Source of the DNA: Cyanophora paradoxa CCMP329
Taxonomy: Eukaryota; Plantae; Glaucophyta
Length of the DNA: 64,000 nucleotides
Assembly: GCA_004431415.1 (NCBI GenBank)
Contig: QPMI01000533.1
Span: forward strand, 372,001 to 436,000
Direction: 5' to 3'
A model generated the notes under the pieces. The model had not been told where the DNA came from. It ran no database searches and saw only the letters and a program-made list of their open reading frames with translations. Every line of letters starts with the position of its first letter. The stretch's first letter is position 1. Shown here one piece after another: positions 58,801 to 64,000 of this stretch. Made by a program: the position numbers and the translations under genes.

Positions 58801-59853
58801 CTCTGTGATGGCGGCGGGGGAGTACTTCGGCGACATGGAGGCCGCCGAGGGCCGCCCCTACCCGTCCGCCCCTTCCCCCCCCCCCCCTGTTCCGCCCCCT
58901 CTGAGGGGGCGGCAGGTACGCGCTGGTGGTGACGTCGGCCTCGATGGTCACGATGTGTTTCTCCAAGGCCGACTTCGTTCGCCGTGCGCGCCGTACCCCC
59001 CCGGCGCCCGCGGTTTGTCAGACGTGGGGCGGCCGCAGACGTGGCGAAGAACCGGGAGAGCGTGAAGGTGATGGAGCACATGGACAAGATGCGCGCCGCG
59101 CTGCGCCGCAAGCGCCTCGAGGCCCTGCAGGAGGCGCGCCAGTACCCCGCTCTCGCCTCCATGCTCCGGCCGGGGTACACCCTCCCCTTGCCTTTTCCCT
59201 CTCTCTTGGTGCGATCTGACGCGCTTTTTCGTTCGCAGCTCGGCGCTCAGGCGCGTTTACTCAGCGCCCTCGGCCGCGGCGCTCGGCTCGCCCTCGCCGC
59301 ACGCCGCTGGCCCCGCCTCCGCCGCCGCGCCGCCGCGCCGGTGGCCCCGTCGCCTTCCAAGCGGATGCTGCAGGGGGCGCCCTCGCGGCCGACCTGCGCG
59401 AGCTGCGCGCGAGCGCCGGCGGCAGCGGCGCGACGGCGGCGCTGCTGCTCACGCGCTCCGTGCGCGCCGTGAGCGCCGCCATCCGCGGCCCCTCAACCTG
59501 CCCCTCGGCTGGCACGACCGCCCCGAGGAGCGCGCCCAGTACCAGCGCGCCCGCGCCCTCGCCGCCCCGCGCCCCCGCCCCCGCCACCCCTCCCGGGCCC
59601 AGGCGGTGGCAGGGCGGCGGCGGGGGCGGGGCGCCCGAGCTTCCACCACCCGGGGCACGAGCGGGCCCAGGCAGCCCTCAACGGCTCCCTCGCCTCTTCC
59701 TCCTCCTCCGCCTCCGCCTCCACCTTGGGCGCCGGGGGGCGCCCCGGGAGCAGCCTGGCGGCCCTGCGGCCAGCCTCGGCCCTCGGGGGCGGCCCGAGCA
59801 CGCGGCCCCAGTCCCGCCCCGCCTCCAGCCTCGGGCCGGGGCGCCCGGGCTGA
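55877..59853 (+). CDS. Protein with two cyclic-nucleotide-binding domains, acidic N-terminus and low-complexity inserts
   Basis: FEAGDVVFRQGDPPDKFYIIQSGSVAITVQK..GESFGELALMSSKPRSATVTAQERTVLIAVARADYNAVVK; second domain VVRLAERAEGVHFIREGECR..VSVMAAGEYFGDME. The last-exon frame and stop are uncertain. Confidence 0.8.
56716..56980. repeat. AT-rich palindromic low-complexity expansion inside an intron
   Basis: Scrambled TAAGCT/CTTAAG/GCTAA/TTAGC words in both orientations following the AAG|GC donor at 56703. Confidence 0.85.
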
Positions 59854-60006
59854 GGGCTCCCCGCCCCGCCCCCGCTAGGGCGGCCGCTGGCCCATCCTTT
59901 CATCAGAAATTCAACTGCAAAAATTGGGAACACGTTTTTCGCGTGCTAGGGCCGCAGACACCGGGCGGGCTAAATTGCCGAATTTCCGTGCACGTGGTGT
60001 TATAAT

Positions 60007-60110
60007 TAATTTGCCGAATTAGGCCCCATAGCAATCTACTACGTCTTCGATAATAGCAATTTGCCGAATTAGGCCCCCATAGCATAATTAATTTGCCGAA
60101 TTAGGCCCCA
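60007..60110. repeat. Three short direct repeats aatttgccgaattaggcccc(c)atag
   Basis: Copies at ~60008, ~60058 and ~60090, about 100 bp before the satellite. Confidence 0.85.
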
Positions 60111-60212
60111 TAGGCCCCCTGCACTAGTAATGGTCGACGTCTTCGTTTTGACCCTCCTATTGTTGCCAAAAGTTGTGCCGCCCCCACGTGCACCTCCTGT
60201 GATCGACTATGT

Positions 60213-63200
60213 GTCTGGTCGATTTGGCTGGATAAAATAATGGAAAGCGATTGGCGAGAAACTGAAGCGTTTAATACTAGCTAGTATGCATCTTGATGCT
60301 AGAGTAAGGCTCAGTTTCGTGCGGATGCGGTACGAAATTTTCGTAGATGTATGGCCATACAAAAGCGACGAGGAAAAGGCCAGTTTCGCGGCGAGCTAGC
60401 CGAGCTAGCAGCGCGCCCGGCCGGCGTCTTATTGCCCCAGCGTTCGAGTCCCGGGAAGGGCAGTTGGGGGGAGCGGGGGGGCCTGGGCGGGCCTTGAGCT
60501 GCCTTGCGCTGTCGAGGGCTGAAGAGGGGGCCGGGGCGCAGCGACCCCGAGGCCAACTTCTGCACGGCGAGACATTGGCGCGAAACCCAAAATTTCCCTG
60601 CTCTAGATTGCTCTAAACTGCACTTCAGACGTGCTCAGTTTCGCGCCAATCGTTCGCTGTGCTCCGCTAGAATCTCGGCTGGACATGTATGGCGTCTGGT
60701 CGATTTGGCTGGATAAAATAATGGAAAGCGATTGGCGAGAAACTGAAGCGTTTAATACTAGCTAGTATGCATCTTGATGCTAGAGTAAGGCTCAGTTTCG
60801 TGCGGATGCGGTACGAAATTTTCGTAGATGTATGGCCATACAAAAGCGACGAGGAAAAGGCCAGTTTCGCGGCGAGCTAGCCGAGCTAGCAGCGCGCCCG
60901 GCCGGCGTCTTATTGCCCCAGCGTTCGAGTCCCGGGAAGGGCAGTTGGGGGGAGCGGGGGGGCCTGGGCGGGCCTTGAGCTGCCTTGCGCTGTCGAGGGC
61001 TGAAGAGGGGGCCGGGGCGCAGCGACCCCCGAGGCCAACTTCTGCACGGCGAGACATTGGCGCGAAACCCAAAATTTCCCTGCTCTAGATTGCTCTAAAC
61101 TGCACTTCAGACGTGCTCAGTTTCGCGCCAATCGTTCGCTGTGCTCCGCTAGAATCTCGGCTGGACATGTATGGCGTCTGGTCGATTTGGCTGGATAAAA
61201 TAATGGAAAGCGATTGGCGAGAAACTGAAGCGTTTAATACTAGCTAGTATGCATCTTGATGCTAGAGTAAGGCTCAGTTTCGTGCGGATGCGGTACGAAA
61301 TTTTCGTAGATGTATGGCCATACAAAAGCGACGAGGAAAAGGCCAGTTTCGCGGCGAGCTAGCCGAGCTAGCAGCGCGCCCGGCCGGCGTCTTATTGCCC
61401 CAGCGTTCGAGTCCCGGGAAGGGCAGTTGGGGGAGCGGGGGGCCTGGGCGGGCCTTGAGCTGCCTTGCGCTGTCGAGGGCTGAAGAGGGGGCCGGGGCGC
61501 AGCGACCCCCGAGGCCAACTTCTGCACGGCGAGACATTGGCGCGAAACCCAAAATTTCCCTGCTCTAGATTGCTCTAAACTGCACTTCAGACGTGCTCAG
61601 TTTCGCGCCAATCGTTCGCTGTGCTCCGCTAGAATCTCGGCTGGACATGTATGGCGTCTGGTCGATTTGGCTGGATAAAATAATGGAAAGCGATTGGCGA
61701 GAAACTGAAGCGTTTAATACTAGCTAGTATGCATCTTGATGCTAGAGTAAGGCTCAGTTTCGTGCGGATGCGGTACGAAATTTTCGTAGATGTATGGCCA
61801 TACAAAAGCGACGAGGAAAAGGCCAGTTTCGCGGCGAGCTAGCCGAGCTAGCAGCGCGCCCGGCCGGCGTCTTATTGCCCCAGCGTTCGAGTCCCGGGAA
61901 GGGCAGTTGGGGGAGCGGGGGGCCTGGGCGGGCCTTGAGCTGCCTTGCGCTGTCGAGGGCTGAAGAGGGGGCCGGGGCGCAGCGACCCCGAGGCCAACTT
62001 CTGCACGGCGAGACATTGGCGCGAAACCCAAAATTTCCCTGCTCTAGATTGCTCTAAACTGCACTTCAGACGTGCTCAGTTTCGCGCCAATCGTTCGCTG
62101 TGCTCCGCTAGAATCTCGGCTGGACATGTATGGCGTCTGGTCGATTTGGCTGGATAAAATAATGGAAAGCGATTGGCGAGAAACTGAAGCGTTTAATACT
62201 AGCTAGTATGCATCTTGATGCTAGAGTAAGGCTCAGTTTCGTGCGGATGCGGTACGAAATTTTCGTAGATGTATGGCCATACAAAAGCGACGAGGAAAAG
62301 GCCAGTTTCGCGGCGAGCTAGCCGAGCTAGCAGCGCGCCCGGCCGGCGTCTTATTGCCCCAGCGTTCGAGTCCCGGGAAGGGCAGTTGGGGGAGCGGGGG
62401 GCCTGGGCGGGCCTTGAGCTGCCTTGCGCTGTCGAGGGCTGAAGAGGGGGCCGGGGCGCAGCGACCCCCGAGGCCAACTTCTGCACGGCGAGACATTGGC
62501 GCGAAACCCAAAATTTCCCTGCTCTAGATTGCTCTAAACTGCACTTCAGACGTGCTCAGTTTCGCGCCAATCGTTCGCTGTGCTCCGCTAGAATCTCGGC
62601 TGGACATGTATGGCGTCTGGTCGATTTGGCTGGATAAAATAATGGAAAGCGATTGGCGAGAAACTGAAGCGTTTAATACTAGCTAGTATGCATCTTGATG
62701 CTAGAGTAAGGCTCAGTTTCGTGCGGATGCGGTACGAAATTTTCGTAGATGTATGGCCATACAAAAGCGACGAGGAAAAGGCCAGTTTCGCGGCGAGCTA
62801 GCCGAGCTAGCAGCGCGCCCGGCCGGCGTCTTATTGCCCCAGCGTTCGAGTCCCGGGAAGGGCAGTTGGGGGAGCGGGGGGCCTGGGCGGGCCTTGAGCT
62901 GCCTTGCGCTGTCGAGGGCTGAAGAGGGGGCCGGGGCGCAGCGACCCCCGAGGCCAACTTCTGCACGGCGAGACATTGGCGCGAAACCCAAAATTTCCCT
63001 GCTCTAGATTGCTCTAAACTGCACTTCAGACGTGCTCAGTTTCGCGCCAATCGTTCGCTGTGCTCCGCTAGAATCTCGGCTGGACATGTATGGCGTCTGG
63101 TCGATTTGGCTGGATAAAATAATGGAAAGCGATTGGCGAGAAACTGAAGCGTTTAATACTAGCTAGTATGCATCTTGATGCTAGAGTAAGGCTCAGTTTC

Positions 63201-64000
63201 GTGCGGATGCGGTACGAAATTTTCGTAGATGTATGGCCATACAAAAGCGACGAGGAAAAGGCCAGTTTCGCGGCGAGCTAGCCGAGCTAGCAGCGCGCCC
63301 GGCCGGCGTCTTATTGCCCCAGCGTTCGAGTCCCGGGAAGGGCAGTTGGGGGGAGCGGGGGGGCCTGGGCGGGCCTTGAGCTGCCTTGCGCTGTCGAGGG
63401 CTGAAGAGGGGGCCGGGGCGCAGCGACCCCCGAGGCCAACTTCTGCACGGCGAGACATTGGCGCGAAACCCAAAATTCCCTGCTCTAGATTGCTCTAAAC
63501 TGCACTTCAGACGTGCTCAGTTTCGCGCCAATCGTTCGCTGTGCTCCGCTAGAATCTCGGCTGGACATGTATGGCGTCTGGTCGATTTGGCTGGATAAAA
63601 TAATGGAAAGCGATTGGCGAGAAACTGAAGCGTTTAATACTAGCTAGTATGCATCTTGATGCTAGAGTAAGGCTCAGTTTCGTGCGGATGCGGTACGAAA
63701 TTTTCGTAGATGTATGGCCATACAAAAGCGACGAGGAAAAGGCCAGTTCGCGGCGAGCTAGCCGAGCTAGCAGCGCGCCCGGCCGGCGTCTTATTGCCCC
63801 AGCGTTCGAGTCCCGGAAGGGCAGTTGGGGGAGCGGGGGGCCTGGGCGGGCCTTGAGCTGCCTTGCGCTGTCGAGGGCTGAAGAGGGGCCGGGGCGCAGC
63901 GACCCCCGAGGCCAACTTCTGCACGGCGAGACATTGGCGCGAAACCCAAAATTTCCCTGCTCTAGATTGCTCTAAACTGCACTTCAGACGTGCTCAGTTT
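60213..64000. repeat. ~480-bp tandem satellite array, ~7.9 near-identical copies, continuing beyond the window
   Basis: Unit gtctggtcgatttggctggataaaa.. starts at 60213, 60694, 61176, 61656, 62135, 62615, 63095 and 63576; visible differences are homopolymer lengths only. Confidence 0.98.

Noticed and set aside
1-59900. Hundreds of long overlapping Arg/Gly/Pro/Ala-rich ORFs on both strands
   Set aside because: Stop codons are rare at this GC content; real coding segments are short exons recognisable by conserved motifs.
60340-60465. 5S rRNA (GGCCATAC) or tRNA gene in the satellite unit
   Set aside because: GTATGGCCATAC is just a palindrome and the rest of the 5S core is absent; tRNA acceptor and T stems do not pair.
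60213-64000. CRISPR array, or tandem small protein genes
   Set aside because: Whole 480-bp units repeat with no unique spacers and no cas genes; the ORFs change frame with homopolymer length.
1-64000. Species assignment (intron style is reminiscent of glaucophyte-like algae)
   Set aside because: No marker gene in the window; not supportable without a search.

Overview
Eukaryotic nuclear DNA from a probably flagellated protist or alga, with very short (~50-70 nt) introns. Most ORF-track entries are GC-rich artefacts; the genes below were rebuilt by hand across introns, so outer boundaries are approximate. Six genes: NPHP4 (1-5680, -), a large Ala/Pro-rich protein with LOTUS/OST-HTH-like repeats and a WG/GW tail (5858-13803, +), a WD40+PKD-like multi-pass membrane protein (17444-25324, -), a polycystin-2-like channel fused to two RyR repeats (37342-46651, -), INTS6 (51396-55626, -) and a cyclic-nucleotide-binding protein (55877-59853, +). 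Two mosaic blocks (~14.9-16.9 kb and ~29-36.8 kb) are built from 3' fragments of these same neighbouring genes (introns retained) plus an arrestin fragment. Intergenic DNA holds non-autonomous hAT and TA-TSD elements, and a ~480-bp satellite fills 60.2 kb to the end. The strongest unexplained signals are: (1) a pervasive micro-inverted-triplication mutation (XYZ -> XYZ.revcomp.XYZ), confirmed repeatedly by comparing duplicate copies, which appears to build palindromic scramble tracts; (2) local capture of gene 3' ends; (3) GTAC(CCC) enrichment in GC-rich gene bodies together with very frequent GC-AG introns. No database searches were run; family calls rest on recalled motifs.
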